Positions 9,587 to 18,579 of a stretch of DNA of 64,000 nucleotides are shown here, piece by piece. Made by a program: the position numbers and the translations under genes. The notes beneath the pieces were generated by a model. It was not told the DNA's origin, ran no database searches, and saw only the letters and a program-made list of their open reading frames with translations. Each line of letters begins with the position of its first letter. The first letter of the stretch is position 1. The stretch lies in contig WLXD01000003.1 in assembly GCA_012103255.1 (NCBI GenBank), positions 14,576-78,575 on the forward strand, written 5' to 3'. This DNA is from Acidobacteriota bacterium. Its GTDB lineage: Bacteria > Acidobacteriota > UBA890 > WLXD01.

Positions 9587-12079
9587 ATGAGAATCGACTT
9601 GTGGCTGGATGAACTGCGGATGGACGCCCGGGCAGCCCTGCGTGCTCTACGGGCTTCTCGCGCGCAAAGCCTCGTGATCATCGTTTATCTGACGCTGGGT
9701 ATCGGCGGCACCGGAGCGGTTCTCAGCCTGTATTCCGCCCTGATGCTGCGTCAGCCGCCGGTGACCGAGCCGGATCGGCTCGTAACGATCTGGCGTTCTT
9801 GGCACACGGACGCCGGCCGCGCTGTGTTCGACCCACTCTCGTGGTCCGACTACTCCGAAATCGCCTCACGCGCGCGCAGCCTGAGCGGCGTGGCTGGGTA
9901 TGTCTTCGGCGGTGAGACCTCGATCCAGATCGACGACCACGCAACGCGAGTGGCCAGTGGCCTGGTGACGGCGAACTACTTTGACGTACTCGGCATTACG
10001 GCCTCGGCTGGGCGCTTCCTGACGAGTACGGAAACAGACCCACGGGAGGCGCCGGCATTCATGGCGGTGGTTAGCCATCGCCTGGCGCACGAGCGGTTCC
10101 GGTCAGGCGCCGCTGCCCTTGGGCAGATCGTCCATCTTCGCGGGAATGACTACACAGTTGTCGGAGTCGCTCCGCCAGCCTTCCTCGGCACCGTCATCGA
10201 CGCCGGACCCGTCGATCTATGGCTGCCAATTTCTCGGGTCGACGACGTGTTCGTAGGCTGGGGCCGAATCGTCGGCTCATCTTTCGATGGAAACACTGGC
10301 CTGTCAGTGTATAACGTGGCACGTATCGCAGACGGCAGCACCCGCGCGACCGTTCAGGCCGAGCTCGACGCACTTACGCTCGATCTAGCTCCCGACCCAG
10401 CCGGGAACGAGGCAGCACCCAAACTCGCCGCATCTCACGAGGTCCGCAGGCACCCTCGCGACAGCGAACAGTTCGTCGCCTCGGCACGGTTCGCGGGCGC
10501 GATCGCAACCCTCGTGCTGGTGGTCGCTGTGGTCAACGTCGCGAGCCTCTACCTGGGTAGCACGCTTCGACGTGGGCGCGAGGCCGGCGTCCGAATGGCA
10601 ATCGGCAGTCCATCGCGTCGATTCGTGCAGCAATCGTTCGCGGAGGCATTCATCCTGTCCACCGCAGGCGCGATCGGCGCCCTGGCGATGCTCTGGGGCG
10701 GGGGCCGATTCCTGATTCGGCTCGCCCCGTACTGGCCTGCCGGCACCTGGGGCGACGAACGCAGCGTGTTCGACGCCGCGCCAGATTCGACCGTCTTCCT
10801 GGCCGTTCTGGCAATCTGTCTGCTCGTCGTTCCCGCAATCGCCGTGGGAGCCGCCAGGGCAGCGGTCCGCGCAAGCCCCCTAACCGCTCTCAAAGGTGGC
10901 AGGCAGAGTCGGCCCAATCGGCGCACCGCGCGTGCGCTGGCAGTGCTTCAGCTCGCCCTCACCGTGGTGCTGGCCGGAGGCGCCGGGCTGCTCGTCCGTT
11001 CCTGGCACGGCCTCGCGACGGCTGATCCGGGTTTCGCCCCGGAGAACCTCATCGTCGCGGACATCTTCCTGGATGACACGTTGCCGTCCGATGCGGACGC
11101 CGCGGCGACCCTGCGCGAGATGACCACACGCCTCCAGGCATTCCCGGAGATCGAAATCGCAGCCCACGCGGCGCGAGCGCCAGGCGGGGCGTTCACAACG
11201 GCCTCCCTCAGTCACGCCGGCGGAGCGCCGATCAGCGCACTCGTCAACGTGGCAACCCCCGGATTCTTGGACGCTACCGGGATGAGACTCTTGTCCGGCA
11301 CAGGTCTCACCGGCGCGGCGGGCGATATCTTGATCAACCAGACGCTCGCCGACGCGCTCGCGGGTGCCGGTGACTTGATCGGCTCACATATTGGCGTCGA
11401 GCGCGGTGAGCCGTTTCAAGGAACATTCGACGCCCAGATCGTCGGCATCGTCGGCGACACCATCGACGTCGCTCCTGGACGGGATCCCGAACCCGCGATT
11501 CTCGTCCCCTACTCCAGCTATCCGGGTTTCCTTGAGGTCGTTCCGCGGCCAACGCTGCTGATCAAGACCAAGGCTTCACCGACCGATCTCGCTTTCCGCA
11601 ACGTACGGGAAGTCGTTGAGGCGGAGAGTGCTCGTGTCTTCGCGCTCATGACGGGGAAGCAGTGGCTTCGCTGGTACTTCGCGCGCGAAGAACGTCTCGC
11701 GCTGTACGGACTCGCGTTCGCCGGAATCGCGGCCGCACTCGCACTACTCGGTGTGTACGCCACGCTGAGCCGGCACTGGCGCGCGCGGCGGGCTGAGATC
11801 GGCGTTCGTGTCGCCGTCGGAGCCAGTCCGCAGCGAATCTTGGCGCTTGTGATCTCAGATGCCGGCCGACTTGCGGTCGCCGGGCTGACGCTCGGCGGAG
11901 TGGCCGCGCTGTTTGCGTTCCGTGGCATCAGCGCGTGGATCCACGACATCCCCGCGTCCGATCCCGTAACAATCGCAAGCGTCACCGCGCTAGTTCTGGG
12001 CTCGGTCCTCGCCATCTCGATACTCCCAGCCTGGCGCGCAAGCCGCGAAGATCCGCTCGACGCGATTCGGCGGGATTGA
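9587..12079 (+). CDS. ADOP-type duplicated MacB-like/FtsX permease (no partner ATPase, no PadR, no N-terminal prefix)
   Basis: 830 aa with two copies of the module (TM + periplasmic domain + FtsX 4-TM). Ends ...SREDPLDAIRRD. An in-frame stop at 9560-9562 precludes a longer N-terminus. Confidence 0.8.
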   Translation: MRIDLWLDELRMDARAALRALRASRAQSLVIIVYLTLGIGGTGAVLSLYSALMLRQPPVTEPDRLVTIWRSWHTDAGRAVFDPLSWSDYSEIASRARSLSGVAGYVFGGETSIQIDDHATRVASGLVTANYFDVLGITASAGRFLTSTETDPREAPAFMAVVSHRLAHERFRSGAAALGQIVHLRGNDYTVVGVAPPAFLGTVIDAGPVDLWLPISRVDDVFVGWGRIVGSSFDGNTGLSVYNVARIADGSTRATVQAELDALTLDLAPDPAGNEAAPKLAASHEVRRHPRDSEQFVASARFAGAIATLVLVVAVVNVASLYLGSTLRRGREAGVRMAIGSPSRRFVQQSFAEAFILSTAGAIGALAMLWGGGRFLIRLAPYWPAGTWGDERSVFDAAPDSTVFLAVLAICLLVVPAIAVGAARAAVRASPLTALKGGRQSRPNRRTARALAVLQLALTVVLAGGAGLLVRSWHGLATADPGFAPENLIVADIFLDDTLPSDADAAATLREMTTRLQAFPEIEIAAHAARAPGGAFTTASLSHAGGAPISALVNVATPGFLDATGMRLLSGTGLTGAAGDILINQTLADALAGAGDLIGSHIGVERGEPFQGTFDAQIVGIVGDTIDVAPGRDPEPAILVPYSSYPGFLEVVPRPTLLIKTKASPTDLAFRNVREVVEAESARVFALMTGKQWLRWYFAREERLALYGLAFAGIAAALALLGVYATLSRHWRARRAEIGVRVAVGASPQRILALVISDAGRLAVAGLTLGGVAALFAFRGISAWIHDIPASDPVTIASVTALVLGSVLAISILPAWRASREDPLDAIRRD

Positions 12080-12241
12080 CGCGAGTACGGGATACGTCCG
12101 TGTAGCGCAAGCGCTAACGGCTCCAACCAGCCTCCAATCGAGACCAGTTCCCTGTCTTCGATTCCCGTCCAATGTAATCGAACGGGTCGAACGTACCGTG
12201 GCGGCGCTATATCCGATCTCCCGATCAACCGAGGTCTGCCG

Positions 12242-12718
12242 ATGCTCCACCACGCACTACCCGCATTACTTGCCACGCTCGCAACGAGCGTACTTTTCCC
12301 CGTCGCTCTGACGTCGTCCGGAGCGCAGCAGTCGGATGAACTCGCCGCGCTGGAGTCTGCCGTTGCTGCCGCGATTCATGCGTACGAGAGCGCCGACCCC
12401 GAAGCGGTGGCTGCTTTCTACGCCGAGGACGCCACGATTCTGAGCCTCCAGGGCATCGTGCCTCCCGAAGCGATTCTCAACGCCCTCCAGTTTCATTTTC
12501 AGCTGCTCGTGCGACAGAGCTTCACGTTCGAGGACCACGGCACGCGCATGGTGGGTCCACGACACGGGATCAGCTGGTTCCTGGGCACGACCGCCGGAGA
12601 GGACGACCAGGGCAACGTGATTTTCAGCGGTACGGTTCAGGTGTCAACGGTTTGGAGACTCGATGACGGGAACTGGCGAGTCGTGTTTGCCCAGGAGGCC
12701 TTCTATCCCCCCGACTGA
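12242..12718 (+). CDS. exported SnoaL-like/DUF4440 (NTF2-fold) protein
   Basis: Signal peptide, then AAIHAYESADPEAVAAFYAEDATILS ... GNWRVVFAQEAF, typical of DUF4440/SnoaL-like domains. Confidence 0.55.
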   Translation: MLHHALPALLATLATSVLFPVALTSSGAQQSDELAALESAVAAAIHAYESADPEAVAAFYAEDATILSLQGIVPPEAILNALQFHFQLLVRQSFTFEDHGTRMVGPRHGISWFLGTTAGEDDQGNVIFSGTVQVSTVWRLDDGNWRVVFAQEAFYPPD

Positions 12719-13185
12719 AGCCAGCAGGCGACCGCCACGCTCGCTACGCACGCAGCGAGGGTTGCAGCGCTGGCCAGCGCCGGGTGTGCCCACAGCGGCA
12801 TGACGGGAGCATCGGTCGCCACCGGCGAATTCGCGATGGCGGAAGCAGTGGGAACCAGCGATTTGCCGTGCAGGAAATATCCCTCGCCACGCACCGTCTC
12901 AATCAAGGCCCGGGAATCTGCCTCGTCGAGTACCCGCCGAAGCTGTCCGATTGCTCGGGAGACAAGGTCCGCCGACGCCCCCGACGGACCCCAAACCTCG
13001 GCGATGAGCTTGTCGTGACCAACAATCCGGTCGCGGTGACGGACCAGGCAAAGGAGGACGGCCATAACCTTGGGCTCGAGCCGCACGTCACGATCCGGGG
13101 TCTGGATCCGATTGAGCGGCGGAAAGACTCGACAATCCCCGATCTTGAAACCATTCTCGACATCGGGCTCGTTGATCCGATTCAC
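12703..13185 (-). CDS. tail-anchored ToxR/CadC-like winged-helix transcriptional regulator
   Basis: OmpR/PhoB-type DNA-binding domain LEPKVMAVLLCLVRHRDRIVGHDKLIAEVWG...LIETVRGEGYFL. Single C-terminal TM LASAATLAACVASVAVACWL followed by only QSGG. GTG at 13185 lies 4 nt after GGAGGA. The ORF-track start at 13431 overlaps the upstream propeller gene and is rejected. Confidence 0.6.
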   Translation of the reverse strand: MNRINEPDVENGFKIGDCRVFPPLNRIQTPDRDVRLEPKVMAVLLCLVRHRDRIVGHDKLIAEVWGPSGASADLVSRAIGQLRRVLDEADSRALIETVRGEGYFLHGKSLVPTASAIANSPVATDAPVMPLWAHPALASAATLAACVASVAVACWLQSGG

Positions 13186-13223
13186 CGCATCCTCCAGGGT
13201 GGTCTGGGTCGTCTCCTTCCCAC

Positions 13224-14564
13224 TCAGGGTACGGTGGATTCCGCCTCCCCAGGAAGCACCAGCCGGTAGACGCGGATCTTGTTGACGCCGAACTCGTCCT
13301 CGTACAGCGCGATCATGCGGCCGTTGTTGAAGGACGGGGCGATCATCCGGGTGTCGTGGGGCATTTCGAGCGCGCCGAGGTACTCGCCGTCGCGGTTGAA
13401 CGCCTCGTAGATGAGTTGAGGCGTCCAGCATTGATTGCCGAAGTCGCTCGGGTCGGCCGTCAGCGGGTCCTCCATGCAGTCAACGCCCTTCTGACCGAGG
13501 CCCTCACGCATCGTCCAGATGCGGCCCGACGGCTCGATGATAAAGCCGACGATCCAGGGTTTTGTCGCCGGGATTCCCTCCCCGTCCCATTCGAAGTCGG
13601 GGATCTGACGTCGCATCTGCGCGACCATGGCATCGCGTCGGTAGTCGGCCTCCTCCGCTTGTACCGGCACCGGTTCGACGACGCGCTCCACTGCTATCTC
13701 CGAGCCATCGGCAGCGACGATATGGAATCGGTAGTGGTCGGGATGTGACCACAGGAAGGAGCCGTCCGGATGCGCGCTCACGGCCGGCTGCATGGCCGAC
13801 CACGGCGTGGGCTGTTGGATCGTGCGACCCCCGAACGTGATCGTGAACGTCGCAGGAGCCTCAACCATTTTCGGCGCGAACCACGGATCGCGCACCACGC
13901 CGTCGCTGTCGAATGCAACCATGCCCACCTCGGCGTCCCAGAAATTGGTGGATTCTTCCGGCATCCGCTGGGCCATCACGCGGACGTGGTCGTCGGCAAC
14001 GCGCACGTTGAACGACGTCATGAAGGCGCGCTCGTCCGAGCCCGCTTCGCGCGTGCGCCACTCTTCGATGAAGTCACCGTCCGGCGAGAAGAACGCGGTT
14101 CGGACAACCGAGCCATTGCCACTCGTCACGGCGAGCCGCCCGTCCGAAGTCACCCCTAGACTGCCAGGGTTCTCAAGCTCGCCCGGCCCCTGTCCCGGAG
14201 CACCGACATCGCGCCGATGCTGCCCGTCCATTCCATAGACGCGAACGATTCCGTCTTGCCGTTCCAGCGCGTAGATCTCGTCTCCGTTCATCAAGAGCGG
14301 GAATGGCCTTCCGAGCATGTAACGGTCGTCGCCTTCGTCGACGCCGATCTCGAGTTCCAGCGCGAGCGTCGCGTTGCCGCCCCACTTGGATCCGGAGATG
14401 TTCCGGACAACGTCAATGCCGTCCTCGGACGTGCGCTCGACCACGAGTTGGTTCGCATTGGATAGGGTCGGGCCTTCTTCTGAACCACCGCAGGCCGCAA
14501 CCAGCAGCGCGGCTGCGACGGCGACCCCACGGACCAAACCTCGCGCAGTTCGATTCAAGCGCAT
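13224..14564 (-). CDS. six-bladed beta-propeller lipoprotein, paralog 3 of 5
   Basis: ATG at 14564 follows a GGAGG SD and gives MRLNRTARGLVRGVAVAAALLVAAC (lipobox). GQGPGELENPG motif. C-terminal ...KIRVYRLVLPGE. About 64% identity to paralog 4 over the first ~94 aligned residues, counted by eye. Confidence 0.75.
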   Translation of the reverse strand: MRLNRTARGLVRGVAVAAALLVAACGGSEEGPTLSNANQLVVERTSEDGIDVVRNISGSKWGGNATLALELEIGVDEGDDRYMLGRPFPLLMNGDEIYALERQDGIVRVYGMDGQHRRDVGAPGQGPGELENPGSLGVTSDGRLAVTSGNGSVVRTAFFSPDGDFIEEWRTREAGSDERAFMTSFNVRVADDHVRVMAQRMPEESTNFWDAEVGMVAFDSDGVVRDPWFAPKMVEAPATFTITFGGRTIQQPTPWSAMQPAVSAHPDGSFLWSHPDHYRFHIVAADGSEIAVERVVEPVPVQAEEADYRRDAMVAQMRRQIPDFEWDGEGIPATKPWIVGFIIEPSGRIWTMREGLGQKGVDCMEDPLTADPSDFGNQCWTPQLIYEAFNRDGEYLGALEMPHDTRMIAPSFNNGRMIALYEDEFGVNKIRVYRLVLPGEAESTVP

Positions 14565-14586
14565 GCCGCAGCCTCCGTTGTGTTGC

Positions 14587-15957
14587 CTAGCTCTCAATCT
14601 TGTCGCCCGGAAGCAGAATTCGGTAGACGCGCACCTTGCCAACGCCGAAGTCGTCCTCATACCCCGCCACCATGTGGGTGCCGTTGATCAGGGGGCCAAG
14701 CAGCACGAGTCCGTGCGGGCGTTCCAGCGAACCGAGAAACTCGCCGTCGCTGTTGAAGACGTCGAGCAACGACTCGGTCTCCCAGCAACGCACGGGCCGT
14801 TCACCCTGCTCCAGTGCGAGCGGATCCTCGTCACACGGCTCCACCCGTCGCGCCACACCCTCGCGCGAGACCCAGATCCGGCCAGTCGGATCCGCGATGA
14901 TGCTGCGCAGCCACGGCTTGAAGTCAGGTGTTCCGGAGCCGTCCCAGTCGAAGTCCGGTGTGCGTTGTCGCATGGTCGCTACCATGCTCCGACGCTGGTA
15001 TTCGGCCTCACCCGGATCCACGGCAATCTGTTCCGCCACGCGCTCAACCGCTAGCTGAGTGCCGTCCGGGCGCTCAATCTGGAAGCGGTACGCATCGGCG
15101 TGCGACCAGATCATGGATCCGTCATATGCGCCAGCGGCGACCATCCGCGGCGTCCACGGCACCGGCAGTTGCCGAGTGAAGTCCCGACCTTGAGCGCTGA
15201 AAGTAAAGCTCATGGTCTCCGGTACGAAGCTCGACTGGGGAGCGAACCACGGTTCGCCGATGTAGCCGTCACCGTCGAACCGCACGAATCCCGTCTCGCG
15301 GTCCGTGGCGTCGAGGCTATCCGCTTCGGGCATCCGCATCACCCGAGTCAACACGGAATCATCGAGCGGAACTGGATTGACGGGCACGATATAGGTCCTG
15401 TCGCCAGGATTACCCTGAGTTCTCCACTCGTGGAGGAATTCCCCGTCTGGCGTGTAGAAGGCTGTGCGGACCGAGTTGCCCGATCCCATCGTGATGGCCA
15501 GCTGCCCGCTGGTGTTCATCGTCATCTGGGCCCCGCGGCTGAACTCTCCTGGCCCCTCGCCGAGACTCCCGAAATCCCGGCGATGCTCGCCGTCGCGCCC
15601 GTAGACGCGGACCATGCCGTCGCCGCCCTCCATGACAAAGATCTCTTCGTCCGTGATCCAGAACGGATACGGATTGCCGAACATGTAGCGCTCGTCGCCT
15701 TCGTCGATACCGATCTCGAGCTCAACGGCGAGAGTGGCGTTACCTCCCCACTTGGATCCGGACAGGTTGCGCACAACCTCGACGCCATCCTCCACGGTTC
15801 GCTCGACCTGCAACTCGCCAGCGAGCGAATCCTCAGGCAGTGGCGCTTCCTGTGAGGAGCAACCTGCGGTGACGGCAAGAGTGACTACGGCAAGGCCCGA
15901 CCAGACGTTCTGCGCAGAACTATGACGCACGCGTACCTCCTCGGGGAACGAGTTCAT
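14587..15957 (-). CDS. six-bladed beta-propeller lipoprotein, paralog 4 of 5
   Basis: Signal ...GLAVVTLAVTAGC (lipobox). GEGPGEF motif. C-terminal ...KVRVYRILLPGDK. Tandem duplicate of 13224..14564. Confidence 0.75.
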   Translation of the reverse strand: MNSFPEEVRVRHSSAQNVWSGLAVVTLAVTAGCSSQEAPLPEDSLAGELQVERTVEDGVEVVRNLSGSKWGGNATLAVELEIGIDEGDERYMFGNPYPFWITDEEIFVMEGGDGMVRVYGRDGEHRRDFGSLGEGPGEFSRGAQMTMNTSGQLAITMGSGNSVRTAFYTPDGEFLHEWRTQGNPGDRTYIVPVNPVPLDDSVLTRVMRMPEADSLDATDRETGFVRFDGDGYIGEPWFAPQSSFVPETMSFTFSAQGRDFTRQLPVPWTPRMVAAGAYDGSMIWSHADAYRFQIERPDGTQLAVERVAEQIAVDPGEAEYQRRSMVATMRQRTPDFDWDGSGTPDFKPWLRSIIADPTGRIWVSREGVARRVEPCDEDPLALEQGERPVRCWETESLLDVFNSDGEFLGSLERPHGLVLLGPLINGTHMVAGYEDDFGVGKVRVYRILLPGDKIES

Positions 15958-16012
15958 CCATACGAACCGCCACGCGGAGTCGTTTACGAAGAGTCCAGGA
16001 AGCTCCGCAGCG

Positions 16013-16780
16013 CTAGCGGCGTGTGCCTCCGACGAACGATGCGGAGGGTTCGGCGACGGAAGAAGCGGCCGTTCGCCCTGGATTCGCGCTCAGGAAGTCG
16101 CCGGCGAGCTTGTAGCCAACGGAGTAGCCGGCCCAGCGCGGCGGATTCCCGGTGCCGAAGAACCATGCGTTGTGGTTGTAGTCGGTGTTGAAGTAATTCT
16201 CGGCGGCGCGCTGGGACCACAGCTCGAGCTCTGAGCCCGTGAGAGCGACGGCCCAGATGGCATCCGGGGTTGCGAGGAGTTCGCGGGAAAACTGATCCGC
16301 AAGGCCTTCCAGCACCAGGGCATCAAGTAAGTGGTCAGGGAACCCGACAGCTCGGATGCGGGCAACGTGGTGCAGTTCGTGAGCCAGGAGCGGCGGGAAC
16401 TCGGCTTCGAGGGTCGCCTGCCAGAGCGAGCTACCGGTGTTGAAGACCATGCGAACAGTGCCGGCATCGGCACGCCCCCCGAACCCCAGCTCTGGGATCA
16501 CGGTATCCGTGCCCGTCGCCACCACGACGGTGACTCGTTCCAGCGAGACTTGGGCTGCGGCCGTGGCGAGAGTCTCGCGGACCAGGCGCTCAACATCGCC
16601 GCGCCCGTCACCGAGACGCCCGGAGTCCTGAAAGACGAGCGTGCTGCTCCCCTGGAGACTCACGGAGTCCGAGAGATCCATGCCCGGCTCGGTCGGAGAC
16701 CCACCGCCGCACGCGCTCACCGCCACGCTTAGCGCGAGAATCGCGGCGCTAGCCCTTCGACCGCTTCCTTGCGAAATCAT
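16013..16780 (-). CDS. exported DUF2268-like predicted Zn-dependent protease (HExxH)
   Basis: ATG at 16780 gives MISQGSGRRASAAILALSVAVSAC (lipobox). HELHH motif in ...PPLLAHELHHVARI. C-terminal YNHNAWFFGTGNPPRWAGYSVGYKLAGDFL resembles DUF2268. Confidence 0.5.
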   Translation of the reverse strand: MISQGSGRRASAAILALSVAVSACGGGSPTEPGMDLSDSVSLQGSSTLVFQDSGRLGDGRGDVERLVRETLATAAAQVSLERVTVVVATGTDTVIPELGFGGRADAGTVRMVFNTGSSLWQATLEAEFPPLLAHELHHVARIRAVGFPDHLLDALVLEGLADQFSRELLATPDAIWAVALTGSELELWSQRAAENYFNTDYNHNAWFFGTGNPPRWAGYSVGYKLAGDFLSANPGRTAASSVAEPSASFVGGTRR

Positions 16781-16918
16781 GTTCTGTGCTCCCCGGGGAC
16801 CACTCTCCAGTTGGTCGCCGGCGCTCATGTGGTTTCACGAAAGACAGTCTGGTCGCTACTATCCTCGCACCACTCCTTGTTCCCCGGCCCCTCGCAGGCC
16901 GCAGTCGGGCCCGCTGAA

Positions 16919-17896
16919 ATGCAATCGTCGGAGAACACCGAAACTGCCGGCACCACGCCCAGGAGCCCATGGGGCGGAGCCGTGCGGCTCGGGCTCAGCC
17001 TCGCTTTCGTTGGCGCGATCGTCTGGTGGGCCGACCCCAGCGAGGTCTGGAGCCTCCTACGGGACGCGTCGATCATCGGGGTGGGCGCCGTGATTGCGCT
17101 GCACATGCTGGACCGCGTGCTCATGGCCTACAAGTGGTGGCGCCTGCTGCGGGTGCGCGATTTCGATGTGAAGTTTGGCGACGCGGTTCGAGGCTATTTC
17201 CTCGGTTCGTTCATCGGCGCCGTAATTCCGTTTACGGGCGGCGCCGATCTCGCCCGGATCGCGGCAGTCCGAGGCAAAGGAGCGAACACGGAAGCGCTCA
17301 TTGCTTCGGTCGCACTCGAGCGCGCCCTGGGCGCCGTCTCGCACCTCGTGTTCTGCGTGGGCGCCGTGGCGATGCTTGTGGCCTGGCGAATCGACATGGA
17401 AGTGTCGGCTACGGCGCTCGCCGGCGCAGCGATCGGTGCCCTTGTCCTCCTCACCGCGCTGCTGCCGCTCTCGTTCGCAGTCGCCGAGCGATTCGCTGCC
17501 CGCCCCGAGTCAGAGGGGCTAGCCGGCAGACTCGTGCGACTCGCCGGTGACTACGCCGCCTGGCGAGCTCATCCACGCGAGCTCTGGATCTTCCTCGCGC
17601 TCACTTTCGTCGAGGGCTTCTATCCGATTCTGGGCTACTGGATCGCAGCTCAGGCGCTCGGACTCGACGTGACGCTCGTTCAGACGGCGATCGCGGTGCC
17701 CCTGGCCTTCCTCGTCGCACGGCTTCCCATCCCGACCTTCAGCATGGGTCCGGAACAGCTCGGCTTCTTTTGGGTGGCGACAAGGCTCGGGATCCCCGAG
17801 GCGGCGGCCACTGCGATCACCGTACTGTTTCTAGGCACGATATTGATCGCCTTCACGCCCGGTGCGCTGGCGTGGATGAACTCGAGGCGCGACTAG
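16919..17896 (+). CDS. lysylphosphatidylglycerol-synthase TM-region / flippase-like (UPF0104) membrane protein
   Basis: RLGLSLAFVGAIVWWADPSEVWSLLRDASIIGVGAVIALHMLDRVLMAYKWWRLL and multiple further TMs. ATG at 16919 chosen; the earlier ORF-track start overlaps the divergent gene. Confidence 0.6.
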   Translation: MQSSENTETAGTTPRSPWGGAVRLGLSLAFVGAIVWWADPSEVWSLLRDASIIGVGAVIALHMLDRVLMAYKWWRLLRVRDFDVKFGDAVRGYFLGSFIGAVIPFTGGADLARIAAVRGKGANTEALIASVALERALGAVSHLVFCVGAVAMLVAWRIDMEVSATALAGAAIGALVLLTALLPLSFAVAERFAARPESEGLAGRLVRLAGDYAAWRAHPRELWIFLALTFVEGFYPILGYWIAAQALGLDVTLVQTAIAVPLAFLVARLPIPTFSMGPEQLGFFWVATRLGIPEAAATAITVLFLGTILIAFTPGALAWMNSRRD

Positions 17897-17900
17897 GCGA

Positions 17901-18416
17901 CTACTCGCCGCCCTCACCTTCGGCAGCCTCGGCGGTGTTCATGTGGCGCACGTAGTGTTCCACCTGCAACACGTTCTCGGACATCTCGATGATGTCGAGC
18001 AGCTTGCCGAACGTGGCCTCTTCCTCGACCTGCTCGTCCACGAACCACAGCAGAAACTGATAGGTGGAGTGGTCCTTGGCGGTGAGCGCCTCGTCCACCA
18101 GCTCGTGGATCGCCTGCGTCACGCTTTGCTCCTGCGCCAGGGATGCCTCCACAATTTCCTTGGCGCCACAGAAGTCGGCCTGCGGGCATTCGATCGCCGG
18201 AATCGACGGGCTGCGGCCCACATCGAGGAGGTACTGCACGAGCTTCATAGCGTGCTCGCGCTCCTCGTCGGCCTGGCGATAGAAGAACGCCGCGAGTGAC
18301 TCGAGGCTCTTGCCGTCGAGATGCGTGGCCATCGCCAGATAGTTCTGAGCAGCCTGGAATTCGCGCCGCACCTGATCGTTCAGGGCTGTGGTCATGGTGT
18401 CGTTGATCATCGCCAT
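17901..18416 (-). CDS. ftn: ferritin (non-haem, Ftn-like)
   Basis: ALNDQVRREFQAAQNYLAMATHL...FFYRQADEEREHAMKLVQYLLD...ferroxidase-centre E/H pattern. 171 aa. Confidence 0.85.
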   Translation of the reverse strand: MAMINDTMTTALNDQVRREFQAAQNYLAMATHLDGKSLESLAAFFYRQADEEREHAMKLVQYLLDVGRSPSIPAIECPQADFCGAKEIVEASLAQEQSVTQAIHELVDEALTAKDHSTYQFLLWFVDEQVEEEATFGKLLDIIEMSENVLQVEHYVRHMNTAEAAEGEGGE

Positions 18417-18579
18417 TGTCTTCTCGTGCGTTTTCGTGAGCCTGCTGTTTGTAGCGTACCCCCCGAGTTTGCTACATCGAGACCTACCCTGCGCGCCCCA
18501 GCCCGGCTATCCTTTGCGCATCGAATTCTGGCTGACCGCTTCCGAGTCATTGCCACTCCCCTTCGCTTTTCTGCCGAGG

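Noticed and set aside
9373-9612. 79-aa ORF whose N-terminus (PIVLMSIAPLEEGALLAAWTHNADVMKAQAGYIATK) faintly resembles the first half of an ABM/antibiotic-biosynthesis-monooxygenase domain
   Set aside because: The second half of the domain is absent in all three frames and the resemblance is weak. It is possibly a gene remnant and is not reported as a feature.
6840-12276. Antisense ORFs 6840..7511, 7760..8512, 10549..10926 and 11518..12276
   Set aside because: They lie opposite well-supported response regulator, histidine kinase and ADOP genes and have off-frame composition (Arg/Ser/Ala-rich).
18417-18579. Possible Fur box upstream of the ferritin gene
   Set aside because: I found no convincing match to the GATAATGATAATCATTATC-type consensus by eye.
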